A DNA stretch of 64,000 bases from Camelus dromedarius (taxonomy: Eukaryota), in the NCBI RefSeq assembly GCF_036321535.1, contig NC_087469.1, positions 9,672,001-9,736,000 of the forward strand. The letters run 5' to 3'. The number at the start of each line of letters is the position of its first letter. Position 1 is the first letter of the stretch. Positions 28,701 to 52,263 of this stretch are shown piece by piece. The translations under genes were made by a program, and so were the position numbers. The notes under the pieces were generated by a model. The model saw nothing but the letters and a program-made list of their open reading frames with translations. It was not told the DNA's origin and searched no databases.

Positions 28701-31700
28701 AAATCTTTGGACCTCCTGTTGGGTTTTTTTACTCTCTAGTCGAAATAAATTGGGTAGAAGAACAAGGGGTTGAGTAGTGGAGAAATTGGAAAGTGCTGGG
28801 AAGTACATACAGGACAGGGCATTTTTTTCTCTGAGCCACCTGAAAGGGCGGCAGAGTCCTCAGCATAATGAGAGTGATCCTTGTCAGATGTTTGTTTGTT
28901 TTCATTCAGTGTTAAGTATAGTGTTCTACGTACACCAGGCACTAAGTATTCATTAAATGAGTAGATGTTTGAACATACTTAATTTTGCCATCTGACACAA
29001 TGTTAATTATAGGATCCTAAAGGGTAAGGCCAGGTCTGTATGTTATGCAGTGCTTCATGTTACAGGGTGAACTGCCAGAGGGGCCAGAGCGGTGATGTGT
29101 TCCGGGTGGGATGGGCAGCATCAAAGTTGTCATGGGAAAGGAAACGTAGCGGAGCTGAGACAGAAGTGGTACAAACATCCGGTGCCTTTTCTTTCCCACA
29201 CAGGTCAGAGTTTACCAGCAGGGACTCCCAGAGCTCCGACAAGCAGATTCTCAACATCTATGACCTGTGCAACAAGTTCATAGCCTACAGTGCCGTCTTT
29301 GAGGATGTAGTGGATGTTCTTGCTGAGTGGGGCTCCCTGTACGTGCTGACGCGGGATGGGCGGGTCCACGCACTGCAGGAGAAGGACACACAGACCAAAC
29401 TGGAGGCAAGGCCACCAGGTTCCCAGAGCTGGCCACGGGCACCCAGACACAGCTCTAGGAACAGGCTCCCCAAGTCGCCTTGGCCAGGGTGTTTCCTTCC
29501 CTTTGGGTCACAGCCATACTCAGCTCCCTTAGGGTAGGATTATAAAGTCGGTGGCCTGGGATGAGGCGTTAGAGGGAAGCAGAGGCTGGAAGCCTGAGCC
29601 CACTCTTGGTCCACTCTGCCTGCCTGCAGAGAACTTGTGAGGTGAGGCGATGTCGATCTTGGGGGTATCTGAGAGGTCCCGCCCAGTCTAAGATCTAGTC
29701 AGATCCGAGCTTCAGGACTGGCTGCTTGTGTGTTGTGGGTGTGCTCTGGGAAGATGTCTTCTCAGGACTGCTGCTTCTAGTTTTCTAATCTCTCTTCCCT
29801 TCCAGATGCTGTTTAAGAAGAACCTATTTGAGATGGCGATTAACCTGGCCAAGAGCCAGCATCTGGACAGTGATGGGTTGGCACAGATCTTCATGCAGTA
29901 TGGGGACCATCTGTACAGCAAGGGCAACCACGATGGGGCTGTCCAGCAGTATATTCGGTCAGTCTGGAGGCGCTTTAGGAAATAGCTCTCAGTGCAGGGA
30001 CCAGCAGCCAGATAGACTAAAACCTGTGCTTGGGAAAGGAGTGTGGACTCCGCTATGAACTGTTCTTTCTTCCTGCAGAAACTGTGATGCTTCAAGTGAG
30101 AAGATGATATACCTTATTGGAACGGGAATATTTAGGGTCAAATATATTATATGACCAGTATGCGTTTAAGCTGATGAGTACTTGTTATTTTAAACATTAG
30201 CTTGACCTTTGACCTGATTCTTTAAAGGGAAAAGGGTATTCATCTCTTGCTTCCACGCTTTCTTCCCTTGATACTAGGTATTGGAATTTTTCTGATCTGA
30301 TGAGGGGTTTTAAGAACCTGTCTATCCTCTATCCTCTTTCCTAACCTCTCTAGAATTCCTGTTTTCAGCTAAGTTTAAGAGCCAGTGCTTTGGAGCCTTG
30401 CTACTCATGTGGTCCACAGTCTAGTAGCATCAGTATTACCTGAGATTTTGTTAGAATTGCAGAATCTCAGGCCTCACCCCAGACCTGCTAAAACAGAGTT
30501 TGCATTTTAAGAAGATCTGCAAGTGATTTTGGTGCACGTGAGAGTTTGAGAAGTGCTCTGATCCAGGTGCTATTTGATGCATGTGTCTCCCTAGAACCAT
30601 TGGAAAGTTGGAACCCTCCTATGTGATCCGCAAGTTCCTGGATGCCCAGCGCATCCACAACCTGACAGCCTACCTGCAGACCCTGCACCGGCAGTCCCTG
30701 GCCAATGCCGACCACACCACTTTGCTGCTCAACTGCTACACCAAGCTCAAGGACAGCTCGAAGCTGGAGGAGTTTATCAAGGTACAGAGTGGGGCTGGTG
30801 GAGGATTCCTCAAGGGTCCCACTGAGCATGAGGGGCTCCACCAGGGCTGCAGGGAGAAGAAAGAGCTGACCTTATCTGGGGACCAGGACCATGGTCTATA
30901 AACTTGGAAGAGGAATAGCCTTTCCTGTGAGTTCTCTCTTGTCTCCCCTCTTGTTTTATGATGCCAGAACTTCCCATGGTATCTAAGCCCAGGGAAATGC
31001 ACTGGGGGAGCCCTGTGTTCCCAGAGGAGTCCCTTTAATAGGACAGGCAGAGGAAGAATTTGGCCCTTAGAAACTTTCTGAGAAGCAGGATAACAGTGTT
31101 ATAAAAGCATGGATTTTATTAGCTTAAGAATCTGGTCCAAAAATCAGATGCATATTTCCTTTCCCTTCCCCAACCACAACCTCTTGGTGAATGGTTTTGT
31201 CTAATGTCTCCCTGGCAGACAAAGAGTGAGAGTGAAGTCCACTTTGATGTGGAGACAGCTATCAAGGTCCTCCGGCAGGCTGGTTACTACTCCCATGCCC
31301 TCTATTTGGCCGAGAACCATGCCCATCACGAGTGGTACTTGAAGATCCAGCTAGAGGACATCAAGGTAGGCGAGCCTCTTGACTCGGGCAGGGCCCTCCC
31401 TGTTCTTTTTCTAGGACGTCCCTGGGATGATGAAAGTGTTTCCTGATGGGTGAGGCAGGAGCATGCACTTACTCTGCCTTTATCTGTCCATAGAATTATC
31501 AGGAAGCCCTCCGGTACATTGGCAAGCTGCCTTTTGAGCAGGCAGAGAGCAACATGAAACGCTATGGCAAGATTCTTATGCACCACATACCGGAGGAGAC
31601 GACCCAGTTGCTGAAGGGACTTTGTACTGACTATCGGCCCAGCCTCGAAAGCCAAGGGGATAGGGAGGCTCCAGGCTGCCGGGTGAGGCCCAGGGAGAAT

Positions 31701-34531
31701 GGCTTTTGGGCAACAGGGGTCACCTTAGGGGCACGGGTACCCAGCTCACTCCCTCGGCCTCCCCTCTCCTCCCTTGCCATTCTAGGCCAATTCAGAGGAG
31801 TTCATCCCCATCTTTGCCAACAACCCACGGGAGTTGAAAGCTTTCCTTGAGCACATGAGCGAGGTACAGCCCGACTCCCCACAGGGCATCTACGACACGC
31901 TCCTCGAGCTTCGACTCCAGAACTGGGCCCATGAGGAGGATCCGCAGGTGAGACCTGGCAGAGCTGCCGGAGGCGCTGGAGAAAGACACTGCTCCTGTTG
32001 CTTTCATGGCTGCCTCTTGCTGCTTTCTTTCTTTTTTTTTTTTTTTTTTAAACTTTTCTTTTTTTCTTTTAAGCTGTCTTATTGATTTTGCACTTTTTAA
32101 AAAAATTCTTTTTGGGGGTTGGTGATTTAAAGTTCGTTTCTTTCTTTCTTTCTTTTTAATGGAGGTATTGGGGATTAAACCCAGGACCTAGTGCGTGCTA
32201 AACATGCACTCTACCACTAAGCTGTACCCTCCCCCTTTGCTGCTTTCTTTAGACCATAACACCTCACCCTTGGGGCCTAAATGGTCCCCCGTGAAGAGGA
32301 AATTGGACTGAGGCGAAGAGATGGTTGTCTTGCCTTGTCCTGAGAGGCCTCGTCATTTTCCCCTGATGTCCAGCAGCTCTCCCCTCCTCCTCCTCCAGGT
32401 CAAAGAGAAGCTTCATGCAGAGGCCATTTCCCTGCTGAAGAGTGGCCGCTTCTGCAACGTCTTTGACAAGGCCCTGGTCCTCTGCCAGATGCATGACTTC
32501 CAGGATGGGGTCCTTTACCTCTATGAGCAGGGGAAACTGTAAGAGTTTGGGGGATCTCAGGGAGGGGGGATGTGTCCGAGTCACTTTCCAGGGACGGACC
32601 CTGAGGTGCGCCTTGCCCCGGCCCAGGTTCCAGCAGATCATGCACTACCACATGCAGCACGAGCAGTACCGGCAGGTGATCGCCGTGTGCGAGCGCCACG
32701 GGGAGCAGGAGCCCTCCCTGTGGGAGCAGGCGCTCAGCTACTTTGCACGCAAGGAGGAGGACTGCAAGGAGTACGTGGCAGCCGTGCTCAAGCACATCGA
32801 GAGCAAGAACCTCATGCCACCCCTTCTAGGTACTCGGGAGGACGGGGCGGTAGTGCCGGCTGCGGACAGTCGGGCTCCAGGGTGGGGGCCCTTCAGCTCT
32901 ATCCAGAGAGCACTGCTCAGTTCATGGTCTTGTTTCTTCCCGGTCCCCAATCTCAGTGGTGCAGACCCTGGCGCACAACTCCACTGCCACCCTGTCTGTC
33001 ATCCGGGACTACCTGGTCCAAAAACTGCAGAAACAGAGCCAGCAGATCGCACAGGACGAGCTGCGGGTGCGGCGCTACCGAGAGGAGACCACTCGCATCC
33101 GCCAGGAGATCCAGGAGTTAAAGGCCAGGTACTTGGCATCTGAGGTGCGGAGGTGTGCGGGGGTAACCTTGTTCTTTGCAGGGTGTCATTAGATAGTTTT
33201 CACAGACAGAGGATTGTATGGAGTGTGTTTGAGCATTTCATCCTCGAAGATCTCTTTTAATGGAGGAATTCCAAAGAATGATTAATTACACAATGTTATT
33301 TATTGAAATTTGGAGGATATTATCTTGTAGCAGGTACTTTTCTTTCTGTACATGCCTGTATTTAACCTTTTCTAGACACACATCTGAGTGGTGGGAAGTA
33401 CTCAGAGGTAGAAACTTGGACAGAAAATGGATAATAGAGACACGTGTATAGTAGACATTAATCTCCACTCTTAAAGTCTTATCTGCCCTTAACTCTGTAA
33501 AGTTTTTATCAGAGAACAACAGTTTCTTCATTCCACAGATATTAACTGAGCCCCCATTATGTCCCAAGCCCTGTTCTTAACACAGATGAAAAGCCTGCCT
33601 CTGTGGAGCTTATATCGTGGAAGCAGAGACAGACAGTAAACGTTAAATAAGCAAAATATTGTAGCTTGTTAGATGGTAATAAGTTCTAAGGGGAAAACTG
33701 AATAAAGGCCTCATTGAAAGGGTCACATCTGAGTAAAGACCAAAAAGACAATTTAGTGGCAGTGGTGGAAATGGAAAGAGAAAAATCCCCCTACAGTGGG
33801 TTGGGTGGACCTGCTGGGAGCATGTTGAGACTCCCTGCAGGCCCAGGGTGGGGTCCTCACGTGACCTCCTTTAGATGGTAAGAAGAGCGGGGCCTCGTAA
33901 TTCCCTACCAGGGACTTCTCTCTCCTCACTGAGTCTAGCTGCCTTCTCCCTCCACATGGCTCTTGGCCCTGTCCTCGCTGTTCGCCACTCCTTTCTGGTC
34001 TCTCTTGCCTGTAGTCCAAAGATTTTCCAGAAGACCAAGTGCAGCATCTGTAATAGCGCCTTGGAGTTGCCCTCAGTCCACTTTCTCTGTGGCCACTCCT
34101 TCCACCAACACTGCTTTGAGAGTTACTCAGAAAGTGACGCCGACTGCCCCACCTGCCTGCCTGAAAACCGGAAGGTCATGGATATGATCCGGGCCCAGGA
34201 ACAGAAGCGAGATCTCCACGATCAGTTCCAGCACCAGGTAGGGATGAGCGGGCCAGGTGACTCCTGCCCCTCGGGGAGGCGGCCAGTGCTGGAGGGGCTG
34301 GTGTTCTTTCCTCCTCCTCCTCTGGGCACTTCAGTTCTGACTCGTTCTTCCTCTCTTTCCCTGCAGCTCAAGTGCTCCAACGACAGCTTCTCTGTGATTG
34401 CTGACTACTTTGGCCGAGGTGTTTTCAACAAATTGACTCTGCTGACCGATCCTCCCACAGCCAGGCTGACAACGAGCCTGGAGGCTGGGCTGCAGCGGGA
34501 CTTACTCATGCACTCCAGGAGGGGCACTTAG
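25718..34531 (+). CDS. VPS11: Vacuolar protein sorting-associated protein 11 (HOPS/CORVET core subunit; beta-propeller, alpha-solenoid, RING), 941 aa
   Basis: 16 exons: 25718-25904, 26688-26836, 26934-27069, 27399-27562, 28250-28497, 29204-29405, 29806-29957, 30595-30781, 31219-31365, 31494-31682, 31786-31947, 32399-32538, 32627-32829, 32957-33128, 34015-34237, 34367-34531. Sum 2826 nt; MAAYLQWRRFVFF...CSICNSALELPSVHFLCGHSFHQHC...MHSRRGT*. Confidence 0.98.
25905..26687 (+). other. U12-type AT-AC intron (VPS11 intron 1)
   Basis: 5'ss G|ATATCCTT; branch TCCTTGAC at 26670-26677; 3'ss ttcac|ATATGG. This junction restores ...VFG-D-MEGQ. Confidence 0.93.
26214..26397 (-). mobile_element. Short L1 3'-end insertion with 12-bp target-site duplication inside the U12 intron
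   Basis: caagttggcttt at 26202-26213 and 26398-26409 flanks L1 3'UTR text; it sits at the end of a MIR fragment (about 26095-26205). Confidence 0.8.
29406..29805 (+). other. GC-AG intron (VPS11 intron 6)
   Basis: CTGGAG|gcaagg is the donor that joins QTKLE to MLFKKNL in frame. Confidence 0.9.
30395..30558 (+). mobile_element. MER5A1-like hAT MITE in VPS11 intron 7
   Basis: tgctactca..tgtggtcc...ttgttagaattgcagaatctcaggcctcaccccagacct...gtttgagaagtgct matches the recalled MER5A1 consensus. Confidence 0.8.
32031..32236 (-). mobile_element. tRNA-derived SINE (vic-1-like) with extended 3' segment and 14-bp target-site duplication
   Basis: Body about 32158-32235; ttgctgctttcttt at 32017-32030 and 32237-32250. 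Confidence 0.88.
33540..33760 (-). mobile_element. LINE-2 fragment in VPS11 intron 14
   Basis: attaactgagcccccattatgtcc...gtggagcttatat...gcagagacagacagtaaac. Confidence 0.55.
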
Positions 34532-34849
34532 GCAGCGGGTGGGAGGGGGTGCGATGGTGGAGGCACAGCTGCAGGAACACGGGGAGGCAGGGCTGCACAG
34601 GAATGAGGCAGCCATGCCCAGGACTCCACTGTTCTCTGATGCCATAGCCCTCAGGACTTAGGGGGCTTTCTTTTCCTGCCTGCTTCTTTTTGGCCAGCCC
34701 GCCATTCCTCCTGTTGGCTTTTTGAGCTGTGTAGATCGCTCCAGATCAGCGGGGGAGGGCACCTCAGCAACCTCAGAGTGGACAATAGCTGCTTTATTCT
34801 CTGTCCAAGAGCACCAGGCTGTGCTGGCTCCTGGCTCCCAGAGTCTATA

Positions 34850-34855
34850 AATAAA
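34850..34855 (+). terminator. VPS11 polyadenylation signal AATAAA
   Basis: First AATAAA about 320 nt after the stop codon. Confidence 0.75.
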
Positions 34856-36779
34856 AGAATATAGTGATTTCGGGCCTGAAGGATTTATTCTGGAGACCTC
34901 CTGGTGATTCTTAACTGTGCAAGGTGCACTTCTTTCCCTCTGCTCTCCTAGAGCCCCACTTGCCTTCCTACAGAGTTCCTTAAAGATGATGTTAACAAGA
35001 CCTCATTCCAGTAATGGGTGGGGCCTGTGGCATCTAGCAGGGTTCAGTTTACTGAAGACCTTCTGCAAACGCCTGAGGCCTGAGCTCCAACAGCAGCCTG
35101 CACTGCGGTCCCTGCTCTTCAGCCTGGCTGGTCTCTGTGGCTGTTGTGTGGATAAAGTATTCAAGCAGGAGGCAGATTCTGGTTGGGAGTCTTGGATTTA
35201 AGCTTGCCTTCATAATGGGTGGTTTGGTGCCTTGCCGTATTCAGTACCAGATGATAAGCAGGATAGAGGGTCTTTACTGAAACATTTTCCCTGCTTGAAG
35301 TCGTCACCTGAGGTTTGTGTTGATAGGTGTGTGGGTATAATTTAGGTTACACTGCCTGTCGTAAAATTGTTCCTGTGGGGTTTGTTTACTTGAAGTAATT
35401 TGGACCTTTAGGTAGTATTTAGAAGAGGCAGAGTTCACTACATTGGTAGTGGCTAAGAATACAGACCTCGAATCAGCTGACCTGAATCTGAATCCTAGTT
35501 TCACTTAGGGCAGCTCTTAATCTTCCCTGCACCTTGGTTTCTTCATCTGTACACTTGGAGTTACAACATCTTTCTGGTACAGCTGTTATGAAGGCCTGAG
35601 TAGCCAATCAGTGGTTGGGTTTCTGATCCCCAGTGGGTCAGTGATCCCTCAATGGGTTTTTCACCTGGAGTCACAAATACCAGTCAAACAAAACCAGATT
35701 CAGTATAGCAGAGCAGAAATAATTCATTCATTGATGAAGGAATGGTGAAGGGAGAGCTTGTGCTCTAAAGAATCCTTTCCCCGAAGGCAGGGGAGTAAGG
35801 GAATTTGAGGGGTAGGAGGCAGACATGTCATTAGGGCTGTAGGAAAGGGGCAGAGATTTCCTGGGGCAGACGGGGGCAGCGGGTGGCATGCGGTCTTCCA
35901 CGCTTCTTTGTACACAGCAAGAATTGTGCCTAGCAGAGTACAGAGCCCCTCCTTGGACAGAGTTCTTAGGATGGTAATGAAGCGAAGTTAACTTTGGGAC
36001 ACCTCCAGGTCTCATCTGCCTTAGGCACGTTCCTGTGGTCAGGTCAGAACCTGTTCAAGGCTGTTGACCACCGCACACCTCTTAAAGTATAGCTGCAAAA
36101 CATTTCTGTCAAGTACCAGGTGCTTTTGAAACAAGACACAGATAATCAAGGCTGGAATCCTTTGGGCCTCAGGGCCTGGTATGAGTGACAGGTGTCCAGG
36201 TCTTTGTATAATAGTTAATACATGGTTATTAGTAACGTTAGTGGGTAAAGCACTTACTAACAAGCCCTTTTCCCACTAAACTAATAATGTGTTCGCACTC
36301 CCATTTCACAGTTATTTGTCTTCAGGCATGACCTTTGATTGCTGAGCCAGTTTCCTCATTTTAAAAATAGAAACGTTGCCTACTTCAGGGTTGTAGCAGA
36401 AGCGCCACATAAGCTGCACTAATTGCTTGTGCCACAGCTAAAAAGATAAAGCTGCATAATTCCAGATGACTAACTTTCAGGAGCAGGACCCTTTTATTTG
36501 TTGATGCCGAATCCAGCCTGGGTACATGGCAAGTTGCTTAAGGTGCCTTTATTTCCAGAGCAGCATTTGTAGAGTTAATATCCTTTTCCTCTTGGGCACG
36601 CCTACCTTTGGCTTCATTGGCGATCCCTTTGCGTGTAGGAGACAACTGCAAGGAATTCAGTTTGTGGGGAAATCCCGGGAGAGTATCTTAACTACTGGCC
36701 ATCAGTATTCCTGGCTCAGATCGAGGTCTAGGTAAAAGAAACGGACAATTGGGCCTGGGTCTCAAACGAGGAAGAGCGA

Positions 36780-37066
36780 GACCACCGAGAATCCGGTGGC
36801 CGGGGTCAGCCTGGCGGAGTAGGGTTGGTAACCCAAGGTAAGGTTTTCTCTGCGGCGAATGGTCTAATTCCCGCCCAGGGAGGGGCTACGCCCCCCGGGG
36901 GCGGCGCCGGAAGTGACGCAGGCGCTTCGTAGAGCCTGGAGTGTGCTGCCGCAGGAGGAGCGCGAGCCCCGCGTGCGCCAGGTGCCGGCGGGCCGGCCGG
37001 GGTTCGGCTTCCCCGGGATCCGGCGGACCTTGGCGGCAGCCCCTGGTCTTCCTCCCGTGCACAGCC
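36780..37066 (+). promoter_or_regulatory. HMBS housekeeping CpG promoter with ETS-CRE composite
   Basis: CCGGAAGTGACGCA at 36907-36920; CpG-rich 5'UTR leading to ATG 37067. Confidence 0.75.
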
Positions 37067-43572
<6,506 letters not shown>

Positions 43573-43812
43573 CTGGTCTGTGGGGCACAGATGCCTGGGT
43601 TGCTGCTGTTCAGTGCCTACATCCCAGCCCTCAGTGCCCCATTCTCACTGTTACCCTGGGGAGTGATTACCCCAGGGGACTGAACTGCAGAGGCTTCCAT
43701 AGGCTCGTCTCACCTTGGGGCCTTAATTACTGCCTTGCCTCCTCAGGTGGAGGCTCCACCTCTAGAGAAAATGTCTAATAAGCCACAGCCTTTGAATGTA
43801 ACCAATTCTACT

Positions 43813-43818
43813 AATAAA
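43813..43818 (+). terminator. HMBS polyadenylation signal AATAAA
   Basis: About 240 nt after the stop, followed by a GT/T-rich tract (ggtgtttttgttt). Confidence 0.85.
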
Positions 43819-44139
43819 ACACATTTGAGGGTGTTTTTGTTTCTGGTGGGGTTGCATTAAGGACACACAAAACCCTTTTCTCCTTATCTAAGGCTGGGAC
43901 CCCTGTACAAAGTTCTCCTGGAACACACTTTGTCTCAGTAGTCTCATCTTGCAACAGAATAGATTGTCTCCCAGGAAACACCGAGAGGGCCATAATCTTA
44001 TAATCTACGATTTGTCTCTCTCCAGTTGAGCCTTACTTAGATAGTCCTCCCTCCCCCACTACTTTTAAGCATCTACAAAGTCACCGATTCTACCACCGTT
44101 TTGCAAAATGAAGACACCTCATTAAAAAAAAAACAATCC

Positions 44140-44145
44140 TTTAAT
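44140..44145 (-). terminator. H2AX polyadenylation signal ATTAAA (polyA+ isoform)
   Basis: Minus strand reads TTTATTAAAGGATTGTTTTTTT, about 840 nt after the inferred stop. Confidence 0.75.
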
Positions 44146-44890
44146 AAACAAAATTAGTCCATCTGAAATTCCCCAATACCTAAAGTACTAGTCTTGGATG
44201 GGTTAGCTGCAAAATTCCAGTTTCGAAGCCAATGGCGGCTCAGTCCAGACCGGGATTAACGGACTAGTGCTGGTATCTAGGTGCTTGGCTTGCCGAGTGG
44301 ACCCGCTGGGAGGGGAGCGGGGCGGGGGCCCGCCAGGACCGGCTGGAGGCCGGGTACCCCCACTCCTATGGGAGACGCTCACGCTGAAGTGTCTCGTCCG
44401 CGCCGCGCACAGGCCTGCGAGTGGAGATGGAAGGAGCGCGGACGTGCAAGGCCTGGGATCTGGCAGCAAAGGGGACGCTAGGGCAAATGATGTGATCGAC
44501 TCCTCGACCGCCGGAAGCAGAGTCCCGTCTGAAGTCGCGGCTGGAGCACCGGGCTGGAGAGCAAAGCGCGCGGCCGTGGCTGCGGGGTCCCGCCGGCGGC
44601 CGTCCGCATCGTTCACCTTCCCCGCCGCGCGCCCAGGCCCTGCGTCAGCGCGGCTGGCCCAGCCTTCCAGAAGGTGCCGCGGCCTCCCCGCAGCCCATCA
44701 GCACTCTGGGGCCAAGGCCGCCGAGTCACGAGCGAGGTACTCGCCCCGGGGCCGAGTGGCGTTCCAGCGGCCGCGCTCCGCGGATCCCAGGCGGGAGCGA
44801 GCCCCGCGGGGGAGGGGCGGGTCGGGCGGCGCCGGGGCCGCGGAGGGGGCGAGCGCGCGGCCGTCCGGCCCGGAGCCCGACGTGGCCCAG

Positions 44891-44934
44891 CTCTTTCCGT
44901 GAGGGCTGTGGTGGCCCTTAAAAGGGCCTTTGTG
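44891..44934 (-). terminator. Histone 3' stem-loop and histone downstream element of H2AX
   Basis: CACAAA-GGCCCTTTTAAGGGCC-ACCAC (stem-loop 44928-44913), then purine-rich GAAAGAG (U7 HDE) at about 44897-44891. Confidence 0.95.
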
Positions 44935-44980
44935 GTGGCGAGGGGAGGGCCGGGCGGCGGCGGTAGCGGCGCGGGCGCCC

Positions 44981-45780
<800 letters not shown>

Positions 45781-46213
45781 AAGAGGGTGGAGTCTGAAGC
45801 CACCTTCAGAGCCTCTGGCAAGTCTGTGCAGGCCCAGGATTTTTAAAGGAAACGGGTCAACACTAAATCTACCTCTACCACTCCTTCCAGGTCTGGTCAC
45901 TCCCTCTTGTTCGGCAAAGACAGTGAAAAAGGGAAGGAATGAGACCCCCTGGAAGTTAGGCCCCAGACCAGAGACCAGGTAACGCCAATCTTATGGCCCT
46001 CTATGCCACCCAAGAAGCAAGATTTCAATATTTATTCAACATGTTCTGTCTGGTCTTAGTTCTTCCTGTTCAATTCCTGCTATAAGGGGCCTGACGTACT
46101 GAAAGAAAAAGGATGGGTCAGAGAGCAAGGCATCCTCTTGGAGGAAATGACTCAATCAACCCGCCCATATAGGAAATACACCTGCAGAAACAACAATAAG
46201 AAAATGACAACAC

Positions 46214-46219
46214 TTTATT
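46214..46219 (-). terminator. DPAGT1 polyadenylation signal AATAAA (second candidate 46031-46036)
   Basis: Plus-strand tttatt at both positions, about 440 and 620 nt after the stop. Confidence 0.7.
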
Positions 46220-46657
46220 GTCACCACTGGGAGCACCTGGCCCCTGAGTCTGTTCTTAATCATCAGAATTCTTAATTTATAGGCAAATGTCAAGTCATCA
46301 CCTTCGAACCTGTGTCCCTATCCCTAGCCAGGGTTCTGTCCCCAGGTCCAACATATTCCTTGAGTGTCAGAGTTGTAACTGCATAAAAGCTACAGTAGCC
46401 CACCTTAAGAGGCTGCAAGGATGGGATGGAGAGGGAGAGTGGCAAGTTGAGAAAAGCCATAGGCAAAGTCCAATCAACAGTCATTAGAGGGCAAGAAAGG
46501 CCCAGGACGGCAATAATCCTATGGGACAGGAAATGCTGAGGACAAAAGGAGGACAATGAAGGGTGGGAGAAGCCTGGGCCAGGAGGCAGTCTTGGTCCAA
46601 AAGAGGTCAGTGGGCATGAGTCAGGAACCTTGGAGACTATGAAGCAAAGGGCAATAA

Positions 46658-51330
<4,673 letters not shown>

Positions 51331-52055
51331 TTAAAGGGGCAGTACCCCGAGTTTACTCTGGGACGCCTCTGGAGCTGGGAAGATGGCTACTGGATGCAAT
51401 GGGGAGGACAGGAGGGGTGAGGATGTGGAGAAGCGCCTGCTCTTTGTAGAAAACCCGTTGCCAACATAGTCGGAAACCAAGGTAAAAACACAACTCAGTT
51501 CCCGGAAACGCAGCTACAATTTGGAAGATAATGTATATTTTAAAAGAGACCCATCCCACTCCATGTTTTCCCGTGTCCTTGATCCAGGTACTTTTCAATC
51601 ATCATCCCACCCATCTTCCGCCCCCGCAGTAGCAGTTAGTTGCCGGGCAACTCAGCGGGGGCACTTCACAACGGATGGGGCTGGGAGTGCCTTCAGGTAT
51701 TGAATTTAACCCTGTACTTGACTCTCCTTGGTCCTGGATCATTGCACTGTGCCAAGTAGCCAGACCGAGGGGATTAGGCTGAGGCATTGGGAAGAGCTAA
51801 GGAAGTTGGAGAACCAGACTCGCAAGTGGCTTCCTGTAAGCCTGAGGAATTCCCATTCAGGTTTCTTCCTCCAGATTACAGATGCCTTTTGTTTGTGCTC
51901 CTGTTTCTTGCAAATAACAGTTCACCAGCATCTTCATTCTCTTTCAAGCACCTACAGGCTCTTAGGTGGCAAGTGATTTCCATTCCTCAGAGCGGAAATC
52001 ATCACCAGGTAGTTGGAGAGGACTCAAGTATGCTGACACTTTGTCTATTCTCTTG

Positions 52056-52263
52056 TTTTGGGAAGGGGGAGGGGGATTAGGTTGGTTGGTTGGTTTGTTT
52101 ATAATGGAAGTACTGGAGATTGTTTTGAGAAGTGGGAGGTAATTGAGTTTGTTTGTTTGTTTGTTTGTTTGTTTATTTATTTATAATGGAAGTACTGGGG
52201 ATTGAACCCAGGACCTTGTACATGATAAACATGCACTCTACCACTGAGCTATACCCTCCCCCA
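52056..52263 (-). mobile_element. tRNA-derived SINE (vic-1-like) with a duplicated 3' end
   Basis: ataatggaagtactgg(a/g)gatt occurs at 52101-52121 and 52183-52203; flanks gtctattctcttg / gtctactcttttg match 11/13. Confidence 0.88.

Noticed and set aside
36578-36586. Extra ATATCCTT U12-like donor motifs (also about 49597)
   Set aside because: Intergenic or antisense, with no upstream exon or matching branch/acceptor; consistent with chance.
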